Assembly (NCBI RefSeq): GCF_048593235.1 | Contig: NC_133622.1 | Location: 247,694,055 to 247,758,054 of the forward strand | Direction of reading: 5' to 3' | Source: Sminthopsis crassicaudata | Taxonomy: Eukaryota | DNA: 64,000 nt | In this document: in pieces, positions 32,897 to 45,500 of the stretch | Layout of the letters: each line of letters begins with the position of its first letter | Position numbering within the stretch: position 1 is the first letter of the stretch | Notes under the pieces: model-generated | Told to the model about the DNA's origin: nothing | The model's input: the letters and a program-made list of their open reading frames with translations, nothing else | The model's database searches: none | Translations under genes and position numbers: made by a program

Positions 32897-34697
32897 ATGG
32901 CACCGCGAGGTGAGCTGCCCGAGGTGTGTGAGTCTCCGCGTTCGGGGACCCCGCCCAACCCTCGGTTTCCCTATAGGCCTAAGGGAAGGAGCGCGCTGGC
33001 CGTGACCAGGGGCGGGCCGGGCGGGCAGGGGTCGGATCGAGGGAGGTAGGGGAAGCACGCGGCCTAGTGGCCCACCGCCCTCGGGTCTCCCCCTCCAGGC
33101 CGCCGGCTGTCGTCCATCTCCCTGGAGGTCCTGATCTTTCTCAATGGCTGGTACAGCGCCACCTACTTCCTGCTGGAGCTTTTTGTGTTTATGTACAAAG
33201 GTGAGCTCAGAGACCCTCTCCCCACGTGAAGCCCCGCCCCTCATCCTGGCCCCGCCCTCTTGCTCTTAACTTTGCCGCTCCACGCCTCCTGGCCCCGCCC
33301 CAGAACCGAACCTTTCCCGTTAGCTTGGCTTGTCCTTGCCCTCCCGGCCCCGCCCCTTCTTAGCCTTGCCAGTCCACGCCCCCTCCTGGCCCCACCCCTC
33401 CTGCCCTAACTTTGCCCCCCCACATCTAGCTTGCCTGCCTGCGCCTCTCGGCCCCCAGCACTGCCCCGCCCCGGCTGTTAGCTTTGCCCCTCCACGCCCC
33501 CTCCTGGCCCCACCCCCATCATTGCCCCGCCCCGGCTGTTAGCTTTGCCCCTCCACGCTCCCTCCTGGCCCCACCCCCAGCATTGCCCCGCCCCGGCTGT
33601 TAGCTTTGCCCCTCACGCCCCCTCCTGGCCCCACCCCCAGCACTGCCCCGCCCCAGCTGTTAGCTTTGCCGCTCCACGCCCTCTCTTGCTCTGTGCTTTG
33701 CCTGGACCTGTCTCCTGGATCCACCCCCAGCTCGGCCACACCCTCCCGCTTGGTTGGTCCTACCCCCAGTGCCCCGCCCCCAAACAGGCTTTCCCAGGGG
33801 GAGGGACCTGTGCCACCTTGGGCGGACCGTCCCCCTCGCCCTGCCCCCGCAGCCGGTCATTTTTCCTCTCCTCCCCGCCGGCGCCAGGGCTCCTGTTGCC
33901 GTACCCCACGGCCAACCTGGTCCTCGATGTGGTCATGCTCTTCCTTTTCCTGGGCATCGAAGTCATCAGGCTCTTTTTTGGTGAGTGGCCTGCACTGCCC
34001 TTGCCCCACCGGGCCTGAAGCTGCCGCCATGGCCCCTGAGGAGCTTGGGGGGGCCCTGGAGGACCTGGACCAATGCGGATTGTCCTCTTCTTCCTCTCCC
34101 CCGGGGGGCCCAACCCCCCCATGCCCAGCAGGGGGCTCAGCCCCCCCCATGCCCAGCAGGGGGCTCCTTTCCAAAATCATTCCCTCTCACTTGGGGGCTG
34201 GGCCGTACTTCACGGCTGGTTGTCCCAAGGGCTCCTTTTGGGGAGGAGGGAGGACTCTGTGTGACCCAAGTCTGGATGGGCAGTCTGGTGGTTGGGTGTC
34301 CCTTGGTGGCCTGGTCGCTCCGAGCCCCGGGCACCGGAGGGGACGCCATAGGGCCTTTCTTGGACATGTCTTGACAGCTACAAAAGGGAACCTCTGTCAA
34401 AGGATGATGCCTCTTGGGATCAGCTTGGCCATGACCTTTCCATCTGCCATGATGGCTTTCTATTACTTCTTGGTGCAGACCTATGTTCTGCGCCTCGAAG
34501 CTGTGATGAGTGCCATCCTGCTCATCTTCTGCGGCTTGGAGCTGGTGCTGGAGGTGTTCACACTCGCCACCTTCAACAGGTACTTCTGCCTCCCTCTGGG
34601 AGGGCCCTGGGGAGGGGGCGGGCACATGGGGAGGCCGGCTGCCACCTTGTGGTCTCTAAACTTGCTCTCCTTCTGCGCCAGCATGGACACATACTGA
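32897..34697 (+). CDS. TMEM216: Transmembrane protein 216 (transition zone, MKS2/JBTS2 gene), 141 aa
   Basis: Exons 32897-32909, 33099-33200, 33888-33980, 34378-34579, 34682-34697; total 426 nt. Sequence MAPRGRRLSS...FLNGWY...LLPYPTANLVLDVVML...EVIRLFF...KGNLCQR...QTYVLRLE...SMDTY. Confidence 0.97.
33230..33690. repeat. ~61-bp tandem repeat in TMEM216 intron 2
   Basis: Three near-perfect units from 33477 (gttagctttgcccctccacgcccctcctggccccacccccagcattgccccgccccggct), a partial fourth, and degenerate copies upstream. Confidence 0.9.
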
Positions 34698-35114
34698 AGG
34701 ACGAGAGGCCTGTTGAGGCCGTGTGACACGGCCCCCTGGCGAGGCGCGTGCTCTCAGGGAGGCTGGCGGCATCTCCTCCAGGGTGGCGAAGGGCACGCGG
34801 CCCTCTCCCAGGCCCTCCGACCCGGTCCTCGCTCGGCACTCCCAGCGCGGGGACGGAGTCGTCTGCGTCTCCTAGACTCCCGGCTTGCATTAGGCCCCAC
34901 GTGTCCTTTGTGTGTGTCTCTACGTGTGTCTCTATGTGTGTGATCCGCCCCCCCAGAAGCCCCAGGGCCTGCCTTCCACAAGGATGTTTTCTTCCACTTA
35001 CTCCAAACCAAGCCCTCGTCCCGTTCATTCCCTTCCAAAGGGACCAGGCAGCATCACTGAGCAGCTCGGAGCGGTCTTTTCTTACGCTGTGTCTTGGGAC
35101 AAACACTATTTTAC

Positions 35115-35120
35115 AATAAA
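35115..35120 (+). terminator. TMEM216 polyadenylation signal
   Basis: AATAAA in an AT-rich patch followed by a U/GU-rich tract. Confidence 0.75.
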
Positions 35121-36204
35121 TATTTATTTTCCGTTGTGGGGGCTGCTGCTCTTTCCTTATGGCCCTTTCCCTGCACGAAGCCCGGGGGCCCTGGCGGCGG
35201 GGCCCTCGAGCATCTCGGCCCGTCTTCCTCACCAGGGCTGGCTCTGGCTGTCCTCGAGAACCCGAGGCTTTCCACAAAGTTTCATTTCACTGGATTCTGG
35301 GGCACGGCTCCAAGGCAGACGGACGGGGACAAGACACAGGACAGCTGGGGAAGGGGGAGGCTCTCCTGACCGGCACTTGGAGCCAACTGCTCCATCCCCC
35401 AGTTCTCTCCCTGCAGGCCACCAGCTCTACCTCCTCTTCCTCTTCCTTTCTTTACAGACTCCCGAGGTCTTCCCAGGCTGGGAGACTTGCGCCAAGTCCC
35501 GTCCCCTCAGTAAGACAGACTCGGCGCCTCTCACAGGGTCTCAAGTCCACCATCCCCTTTGCAGGTGTAGCTGGGAGGAAAACCCCAATTCCACACATCT
35601 CTCCTAGAGGGGCTGGACCCCTCGAGGGCGACTGCCTTGCTTTTCTCCACTGTGGCTTGGAACCCGAGCACTCCCATTTGGGAAAAAGGAATCCATGGGC
35701 CTTCCCACAGTTGCATGTGAAGCCTCATTTCATTTGCACGTTGCCATTATGGGCACTAAAAACCGCAAAGGCTGTCGTCAGGCGAACCCCCGCTTCATTA
35801 GGACTCCCCTGGATCCTGACCTGGAGTCAACTGATTGATGGAGGCCAAAGGGACCTTGGAGTTCACCTAATCGGGCCCAGAGAGGGGCAGGGATTTGCCC
35901 GCCAGCGCATGCTGGCGCCGAACCTTGGGACTTGCCACGTGCTTCCCCATTCTGCCACCCCCGTTGGTGGGCCGAATGCTTAACTCTGCTTACAAGCCCC
36001 AAGCCCGGCTCCTCCCTTTGCTGCCCAAGTAACCAACAGCACTTCCTTCCTCCTCCTCCTGCCCAGGAAACGGCAGCGCTTCCCTTTGTAAGGCAGGGCC
36101 CTACTACCTCAGCTTCTCTCTGAACTGTTAGGTGGGATGCTTAGATACTTTAGCAAGAAGGTAGTAGACCTGGGAATTAGGATGCTGCTAAATGCTCAGC
36201 AGGC

Positions 36205-36285
36205 CACCAGGGGGCGCCAAGGCCTCAGACACTTGCTAGCTGGGATCCTGCCTACTGGCCTCAGTTTCCTCATCTGTAAAATGAA
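36205..36285 (+). mobile_element. MIR/CORE-SINE fragment
   Basis: ggcctcagacacttgctagctg...ggcctcagtttcctcatctgtaaaatg, the CORE consensus. Confidence 0.7.
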
Positions 36286-36654
36286 CAGGAGAGGGAAAGC
36301 AAACCACTCAATTCTTTCTGCCAAGAAATCCCTGGTGGGGTCCCGAAGAGTCAGATCCACCTGAGGTCACCTGGCCAGCCCCACAAGAATCGGAGTCGGC
36401 CACTGCGCCTGGATTTCCCCCTCACTGTTCCTCCCCGAGGGTTGATGATCGTTTCCCAACACCTAAGCCAGCCCCTTTACTATATCCCCCCCCCCCAAGT
36501 GTCCCAGGGGCACCCAATGCTCCTGCAGTCAGGCCGGGCCACTCCTTTCGGACGCTGTTGCTTGGGGAAATGCCTGTGATGGAGGAAGGCGCCCCGGGAA
36601 CCTTTTAAGAGTCAAACCCAAAGCTCGACACGTGTCTCCAATGCAGGGTCCATG

Positions 36655-38942
36655 AAACAGCTCACACCCCATTTATTATTGAAAATATTTTGTTACAAAA
36701 GGAAAAAAAAAGCATACAATGCAGTATAAAAGATTGACAGCGTCATCAAGTTTATTACACAATTTCCAACCTATCAGAAAGAGACAAACAAATCGAATCA
36801 CCGACAACAGGGGAACGGGGCCTTGGCCTTTTTTTTCCCTCAGGTATTTTTCTTTTGCTATCTGGAAATAAAACTAAAAATTGTGTCATTAAGTAAAAAA
36901 AAAAAAAAAACACAAACTCTCCGGGCAAACGGATTTCTGGTATTTTACGGTTTCTTCCTCGAACAACAGTCACCTCATTTGGTTTTCTCTACATTTTAAA
37001 AAGACATCGGGAGCTGCTCTCTGGAGAAGAGCGCCACTGAACACTCGAGAGTGGGGAAGCCCGGCTCCTTGGAGGAAGTGGGGATGGGACGGGGGGGACG
37101 AGGGGAGGGAGCCACCACCCCTTCCCTCTGTCCCAAGGGAATGTGTCTCTGACCCTGGGGAACTGTCTCCGTGCCGACCGAAGTGTGAGAGGCCGCGGCT
37201 CTCCTGTGCCCTCTGCCTGAGAAGGCCCGGAATAAGTGCGGCGTGCCCTGTGGGGGATGTGGAGGTAGTCCTGGAACCACCAGTGTGGAGAAGCCTAGTT
37301 GCCATGGGTGGGATTCTCTGGGACCATCACCCCAGGGAACCCGGCGGCCGCAAGCTCGGCTCTGGCTCTTTCGTGGACCTTCCTGGAGGGGCGAGGGGGA
37401 GGCCAAAGGCCAAAACATCCCGGGGACAGTTTCCGATTCTGGCGGCCGGCTCCCCCGGCAGGCGGCCTGATGGCAGGCGCCTGCTTCCGCAGCTCTTTTG
37501 GAAGGAAAAGCTTTGAGAAGTGGTCAGTGACTAGGCCCCTCTCTCCCCCCCGCTCCTGTAGCCTGTGGCTGGGATCGCCGCTGCCAAGGTGGGGATGTGT
37601 TACAGTGCCTTCCTCTAAAACAAGGAAACGGCCCTCTTGGGGCAAGGGCTCAGGGGAAGAGCGCCTGTCAGAGCTTGTTAATTCACGAGCAGCAAGCAAG
37701 CAAAGCAGGGAGAGGACGCCAGGCAGAGAGCCACCTGACGGGGAGGCGGGTGCAGACACCTGACGGGTCTCTTGTTTGCCAAGGGACCAATGGGACCAAG
37801 GAAACTGGGAGTGCTGGAGGCTTCCCGCCTTCCCCGGGAGATCAGGAGAATAACCGTCAAGGAGAGAGGAAGGCAGAACAAATGAGGGCAGAAAATGCTT
37901 CTTCCCACAGATCCTCCCCAAAAGGCTGAGAGGGCTCTGGGGTTGGAGGCACCGCACCACAGCGGGGAGGAGGCCCAGGTGGACACAAAAGGGGGACCCC
38001 TTTTGGTGGGTTTCTGAGAGGCTTTCCCACCTGCCTCAAGCTGCTCCCCGAAAAATACGAACCTCACAAGTTCCCAAGAAAAAGAAAGCACCGTTCTTTT
38101 GGAGTCCAAGCATTTGTGGATCATGGGCCCAGCTACAGTCTACCTTCTTCCCTTTCTCTTCTCTTGCCCCTCCCAACCCCAACCAGTCTTTTAGCCCTTT
38201 CCCTAGGCAAGCAGGGGTCATGCCAGGGCCTGGGGAGGGCTGGGGAGGGTGCCAAGCTCTCTTCGGTCTGGTGGGGCATCAGGTGTTCCCTGGGTGTCTG
38301 GAGGGAATTGGGGGCTTGGGAGAGGGGGAAGGGGTGGAGCGGCCTCCGTCCTTTAGTCCTGATCGAGGTGAGGAGATGCAAGTCCATTAAAAAAAACATT
38401 TACTTCCAACCAGACTCCTGCAATGAGAACAGCAGAAGGGGGGAGGGAGAGAAAATACAAGTTAGAGATTTATATTTGATTATCTGGGGATTATCTGGAT
38501 TATCACCCGCATTTTCTAAAGCAGGAAGCCCACGAGGTCAAAGGACACTATGGAAAGCAGGAGAGAACACAATTTTGCAAGAGAGGAAAAAAAGGAAACC
38601 GGCCTGGCTGGACTATCCTGAAGCAAACAATGACAAGGGCTCAGACGGACTCTATTGAGATGGGCTACAGTGGACACCTTAAAGGACAGTGTGACTGCCG
38701 GCTCTCCCAGACAGCAAGGTCAAGCCGTGGCGGAGGGAGGGAGACAACAAGAGGCCGACTGGTCACAGGCGCTATCAAGGAGAAGAAAAGGGAAGGGCTC
38801 CATCTGCTGGAGCCCGGGGCAGCCGGCTCCAGAGCGTGGCTGGAGGGCAGTCCTGCCCTGCTCGCAGCAGAGGACCACCAGCTTGGAGAGCAAAGACAAA
38901 GTACCCTTGAAGGAAAAGGCCCAAAGGCATTTCCAAATCCGA
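36655..38942 (-). other. CPSF7: CPSF7 terminal 3'-UTR exon (~2.3 kb)
   Basis: Exon 9 ends TGA GAAAG|gtgag at 42546. Minus-strand acceptor ctaat...ccctcacccttgttttctAG at 38943. AATAAA signals at 36751-36756 and 36672-36677; the 3' end is approximate. Confidence 0.75.
36672..36756 (-). terminator. CPSF7 tandem polyadenylation signals
   Basis: TTTATT on the + strand at 36672-36677 and 36751-36756. Confidence 0.75.
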
Positions 38943-41900
38943 CTAGAAAACAAGGGTGAGGGCCGATTAGGATTATAAAACTTTCCTAAGGTGACAGGAC
39001 CAGTTATGGCTCAAAAAGTGGCAGGGCAAGGACAAGCGCACAACAGAACCAAAGTTGTGCTTCAAAGTCAAACAGCAGCCCTCATCGCCCCACGCTCCGT
39101 TTGGGCCAGGCTGGGGAGGGAGCGTCCTCCGCAGCAGGAGCTGGCAACCACGTCCTGCTCAGGCTCAAAGGCAAAGTTCTGGTCAGTGCTGGGAAGCTGC
39201 AGGTAATCCCAGAAGAGGCTAATTAGTCTCGTGGTAAAGAATTCAGTACAGGCTTCAGGCCTCCCCATGTTAAAGGGATGAGCAGCTATGTTACAAAAGA
39301 GGATGCAGAAATCTATCCCCCTTCTTAAGTCAAATAAAGCAAATACATGTGTGGCGCCAAGGAAAGAGGAGGCCCGGCCTTGAAGTCGGAGCAGGGAGGT
39401 GGGAAGGGATGGCAGCCTGAGCCAGACTTCTACTGAAGAGAAGACCCACTAAAGCGTCTGCACACTACAAGCTGAGACCAGTCAGACGCTCGCTTCCAGA
39501 GCACCTCGGAGGCCCTGGAAGGTCACCCATCCCACCTGGGCGCAGCTTGCCCCGTGTTTCTGATGGCAAACCCAGGAAACCAAGTATGAAACCCATTCTA
39601 ACAAGTCACTGGGCCTTGTTCCATTTCCTCCTCTGAAATGTGGGCTTGGACTAGATGGTCCCACGTTACTTAATAAAGAATCCGCAAGACAGAAAATACT
39701 ACAGAGCCCTTCCATAAACATCTACTGTCCATTTTCCTATTTTAAAGGATCCTCCCCTCCAAAGTAGCACAGCACCCAAAAGAACGCACGTGTTCATTTA
39801 TAGGTGGGAAAAGTTAGGTGAAGTAATAATAAGCAAGGCAAAGGATCCAATTGCTCAGTTTGGGCCATTCAGACTGGATTAAGAGTGTCTAAGTCATTGT
39901 TTTTCCTGAGAAATCTGAAGATTATTCTTGAGTAGCCCTGAATAATGTGCCAACTCGTCCTACCCAGTCTTAGATGACCCTCAAGGAATCAGAAAAAGTA
40001 CATATACAAACACAAGGTTATCTAGGGAATATTCTTGCCAAACTGGAAAAGGAACTTGATGGTTTCAAAGGAAATGAGATGGAGCCTCATTCTAAACCAA
40101 CCGTTGACTCCCTTGGAGTGAGTTTTCAGCGGAGGCTGGAAAGTCCAAAGATCCTTGGGAGAGGATTCCCACACATGGGGCCTCAAAGTGGAAAAGTCAG
40201 TGTCACCTCCTCAGACTGAAGACAGACTGAGGCGACAACACCCGATGTTAGAACAAGGCGCTGAGCCAACAGCACAGAGCTGTCCGTCCCACGGCCCTTC
40301 TCACTAGGAGCAGCTACCATGAATTGAGAGCCTCTAGACTAGAGTGGGATAAATATTTAAAACTGAGCATTATAGAGTTTTAACTCTGCTCATTCTGAGG
40401 AGGGAGAACAATTTGCTTCGTTAGGGTCAGAGCCAACCGGAAACAGGGACCACTATAAAAACAGCAAATGGAACAAATAACTCCCGAATTTCACCTCTAC
40501 AGCTACGAAGGGAAAATTCTGTTACTAGTGAAGGACCCACCTTTGAAGAGGGCCCAGGGTGGCAGAAAATCTGCCCATAGATCTATGACATTTAATTAGA
40601 AGCATCAAATGATTTAATACTCAAGTAACAATGAACAATTCACTCTTGTCACACTAAATACCAAAAAAATTAAAGAAGCCATACTGTTCATTTCTGATTC
40701 CCTCACAGAATAATCGAATCACCTTCGTAGAAGCGGTTCAACGTGACTCATTCTTTGCCAAGGCCAAGGGGCTTTTACAAGTGCTTCACACAGAGCAGAA
40801 ACTTAATCTGTTTGTTCAATGAGTTGCTTTAGTAGTTCTTATGATCCAATTTGCCAGATCTTCAATTATTCCCTCAATCAAGAAGCAACATGGCACAGCG
40901 CACTTGGTTCAAATCCCAGCTCTGCTATGTATCAGCCATGTGGCTTGAACAAAAACTTCCTGACTGGCTCAGGTGACCTCCAAGCTCTTAACTTTACCAA
41001 TGCACAGCAGACCCTCATCACAGTAAGAATTAGTCTCCTCTTACAGACAGGAGCCAGCTCCAAAGGCCACGCTGCCCCTGCCAGCACGGGGGAGACGGCA
41101 CCAGGGAACGCACACAAATCTGTCAGGATGGAGGCCAATCAAACTAGCACCCGGGCATCATTCAAAATGTCTCCTTGTTCTGCACACCAAAGAGGGAGAA
41201 GCCAGCCCTGACTTCTGGGAAAGGAGCAGGCTGAGTATCACTCGGAGAGGTACAAAGGTCTGGAGTTCACGCCTGGGTTTGTCCCAGCAGCGTGACCCAG
41301 GAAAGGAGTTGCCCTCAAAATTCCTTTACCAAAGCTCGACAGTGGCAAACTCCACAAAGGCTGCGGGGCCTGTCCAAGGCCGAAGGGCAGTTCACCCAGG
41401 ACCAGAGCCACCCACCACCACTGGTCTCCAGGGAGCACGAAAAGGAAGCTTCCAAAGGAGACCTGAGACAGCTCAGAAAGGCATCCATTCTGATCAACTT
41501 TCCTAATGCCACCCCTCCCCCCAATAACCACTCTCGTGTTCTGAGGACAGGGCCTTCCGAGGTGATGCTCTGGGGCCCAGTTCTGACGGGCCCAGTTCTG
41601 ACCCTGTATTACCTACTGCCAACAGCTCCTCAGAGACAAGCACCTCCTATCCACTACTCGACTCTTAATTTCCGGACAACCAGGGAGTGTCGCCTGAAGC
41701 AATCGGCTAACTGGCTCCCTTTCTGTCTCACGCATCCTCTCTCACCTTCATAACCACACAGGCCTGGCTCCTCTCTACCCCCTTCACCTCCAAGGCCAGA
41801 GGGGAAGAAGAAACACAGAAATATCCCAACATACACGGTATCAACAAGACTGCCACGTGCTATTTGGGAAATAATGGGAAACACAAGCGTGGGCTTAGAA

Positions 41901-42550
41901 AAGCCTCCAATCGTAGAGCTGGGAAGGGATCCTGCAGGCCTTCCATAAAGGCTTTGCATAAAGCAGACAGCAAATACCGTCCGCCCCAGACAAATGGGCA
42001 TTTAGCTTAAGGTTTTAAAAACCTCGAAGGAAGCAGTCGATGACCTTCTTGGATAACTTTCCTTTTACAATCCTCTATTTCAGCAAGTATCCCTATTAAC
42101 TAGCCTAAATCTTTCCTCCGGCTACTGTGGAGCCCTTCTCCTTTCTCAATCTATACTTGAAAAACTGTTGGTTGTCCTTTTCTGTTCAATACTCCCCCAT
42201 TCTTAAAGGTCACCCCCCCCATCTTCTGTCTCTAAACTCCCAATTGTCCTCTTTTTCACAGACGGGCCATTTTCAAAACCATGAATCTGGCATGCTAAAG
42301 ATTAACAGGCAGGAGCGAGACCACCGCACGGGGTGGGACAGGGAGGACATGGACCTTCCTGCTGGGCTCCCTAACTCAGGGTGGGGGACTGAGAGCGTGG
42401 CTGGTCCCCAGAAGCGGCAGCAGGGGCCGCACCTGCACAGCTCCCCTCTACCACTAGACTGGGCCCAAGAGCAGGCTCCTCCCAAGCTGGGATTTCACCC
42501 CCAGAAGCCCCAAAAGAAACGTAGCCAGGGCGGAGCCCATCTCACCTTTC

Positions 42551-45500
42551 TCAGTGGTGCCGGTCCCGCTCTCTGTCCCGGTGTCTCTCATGCTCCCGAT
42601 TCCTTTCTTGAAAATAATCCTCGTGCCTATCCTCATTGTGGAGCAGGTCCCGGTGCCTTCGGCTGCTCTCACGGGACCGGCTAGGTGATCGCTCACGGGA
42701 CCGGTGTCTTTTCCTGTTGGAAAAGATTCTTGCTCAGGTTCTCCAGAGAGGCTCAATGGCATCCTCTTCAAGACGGTCAAGAACTTTTCTGGCACACTGG
42801 CCGTCTGAGCATCTGACTTAAACTGCCCTCTGCAAGTCTCCATTTACGTCAGAATGCAAAACCCACACGAACTAAAACTTACTTTCTTACTGCAGCTGCT
42901 TCGTTATTCCGTGGCTAGCCTATGACAATTGTTAATAAAAACCTCCTGACTTCCACTCCTAGAGGTCAGGGCCTCCAGTCACCTCCCCCACCCCGAGGAG
43001 GGATCCCCTGGGGGCGGGGAGACCAGCAGAGCGATGGGGAACTCACCTGGAAGAGCTCCCGCTGGCACCCACGCTGTAGGACTTGGCTTCGATGCCATGA
43101 AGACAGTCCTTTAGGGAGGAGATGAGCACACGGCAACGTTCGTCGTTGGCGACCCGGGATTGTTTGATGACAGCAATGGCTGTGAGGAGCGTCTCAATAG
43201 CGTCACTATAATCCCCTGATGCGGGATGGGTAGGAAAGGCCAAGAATGAGTAGGAGAGCAACGGAAGCAAACTGGACCAAAAAGGAGGAGATGGAAGCCG
43301 AGCCAAAGCGGGGTGCCCGTGCATGCCCCGGGACTGGTCGGGCAGTCCCGAGGCCCTCCAGCTCCCACTGGCCCCGGCCAGCACAGGACTCGTGCTCGGA
43401 GAGCCGGGGATGGCACCTCAGCCAGGACCCTTTGGGACAGAAGGCAAAGTAAGAGAGGAAAGAGTCCGAGGACGGAGTCCGCCGAGAGTAACAAGGTCTC
43501 GAGGATACTCTGAGGGAGCAGAAAGGAGGACTTGGAGCTAGTCGTGCAAGAGAGAGGAGGACGGACCAGAGATGGGGAGGTACACAGCCGTCAAGAAATA
43601 CAGCGGGACATGAAGAAAAACGGGATAAAGATTTAATCAAATGTGAGAGAAGATTTTCTAGGAGAGGAAAATGGAGCCCACTCCTCCTGCCTCTAAGCCC
43701 CATTAGCAGGTGGGAACAGCCCGAGGGACACTTTGATGAGGAAAAGACCATCCCCGAAAGGAAGATGCTAACGTTTCCAGCCCAATGTTCTTTTTGGCAC
43801 CCAGTTGTCAATCTGGCCCAAAGCCCTGGACCTGACACAGAACAAGAAAGGCACACTAACACACGAACATCTGTTTAAGGAACACCTGCCTCGTGCGGGC
43901 ACCTCCTCATCCCGAGTCTCCCCGTGAGGGGGTAGTGGGACTGCGCTACCCAGACGGGGACTGCCCGGTCCCGCTGTTTGAGCTTGGCAGGGCCCAGGCC
44001 TCCCCCCCACTCTGGCTGGCCCGGAGCTCGATCCGCCCTAGACGAGATGGCCTCTGGTCACCTTGTGACCGGCCGGTCAGAAATCTTTTTGTCCTGACCC
44101 GCGGGCTCTACCCTGAAACGGCCCATCTGATCGAGTCCTGCTATTCCGAAGTACTCCATCTCTGCCGACATCAGTTGGTCCATTGGTCAAGAAAGACATT
44201 TACAAGGCAGAGACGTTCCGGCACAGCCCAGAGCAGAAGTGGAATACGAACACTCTGTCCCGGGTGCAAAGTTGAGTTGTGTGCACAAAAGGACACTTGG
44301 GAATGATTTCTAGCCTTCCAAAAAACCTTCCCCAAACACGCCGGGAACAGGACAGAAGCCTAAATGTAAAGCTGTCCCCCAGGTGTCTGTCCCTCTCAAA
44401 ATCCCTGCAGAGGACGAGGGAGGGAAGACACGCAGGAGACGGAAGCAAAGGCAAAAGAAGTTACCTGCGCTGGCCCCAGAGACAGCTTTGGAAATGGCAC
44501 TGCTAGAGATTGCTCTGTTCCGATTCATGATCTCCTCGAACTCGGCTTCGCACACCGTTGGGGGCGGGGGGCCCAGTTCTCGGCTGCACGGAGACAACAC
44601 CATCCCTGACCGCCCGTGGCACTTAGATCTGTACCGTACAGCAGGGCACTTTATTGGGTATGATGTTGCAGCAATCTCTTTCACGTGTCACCTCTTCCAA
44701 TCCCCCCACCCCCGCCCCGTGAGGACAGCCTGACACCGTACCCCACTTCCAACCCTCCCCCCCAGCTCATCAAACCCATTGGGGTGCACAAGGTATGGAT
44801 ACAAGAGTGAGGTGGCAGGGCACCAGTGGCAGGGGTCGAGCAGAGATGCAGGAGCAAAAGGTGAGGGTCCCATCCTCCTGGGCAGCCCCATGACTCCCCT
44901 CCAACAGAAGGACACAGGGCAGCCCTTACCTGCCATGGTGGTTATAGGGTGCAGAGGCCTTGATGTAAGCATCTGGCGGAGGCCCCACTGCAGCATTTGG
45001 TGGGGGGAAGAAGGCGGGGTTGAGGTGCAGGGCGGGTGGAATGGCCCCCGGGGGAGGCACAGCCAGGTGGGGAGGCAGTCGGGGAGGCGGGGGCATGAGA
45101 TGCTGGTAATGGATACCAGGAGGCGGAGGAGGGACCCCAAAGCCTGAGGAGAGAGGTGGCGGGGGTGGGATGGGTGGTGGGGGCAGACCCATCAGGGGAA
45201 GAGCTGAGGGAGGGCGGCTGAAGTAGGGCAGCACACTGGGGGGCTTGTCCACTCGAGGGGGTGGGGGCACGAGGTTTTCGGTGGGTGTGGCCCGTCCGTC
45301 AGCAGAATCACTAGAATCTCGGGAGTGGGCCCGCGGCGGTACTCCTACGAAGCAAGAAAGAGCTAGCGTCACTGCCCTGGGCACCAGACACAGCCCCGGG
45401 GCTGGCCCCCCCCTTGAGGTGCCCACAGTGCCGGGGGCCAGGATGGACTCTGCTAAGGGGACCTCAAGGCACACTTCAGTGAGGCCACAGGTTCTGCTGC

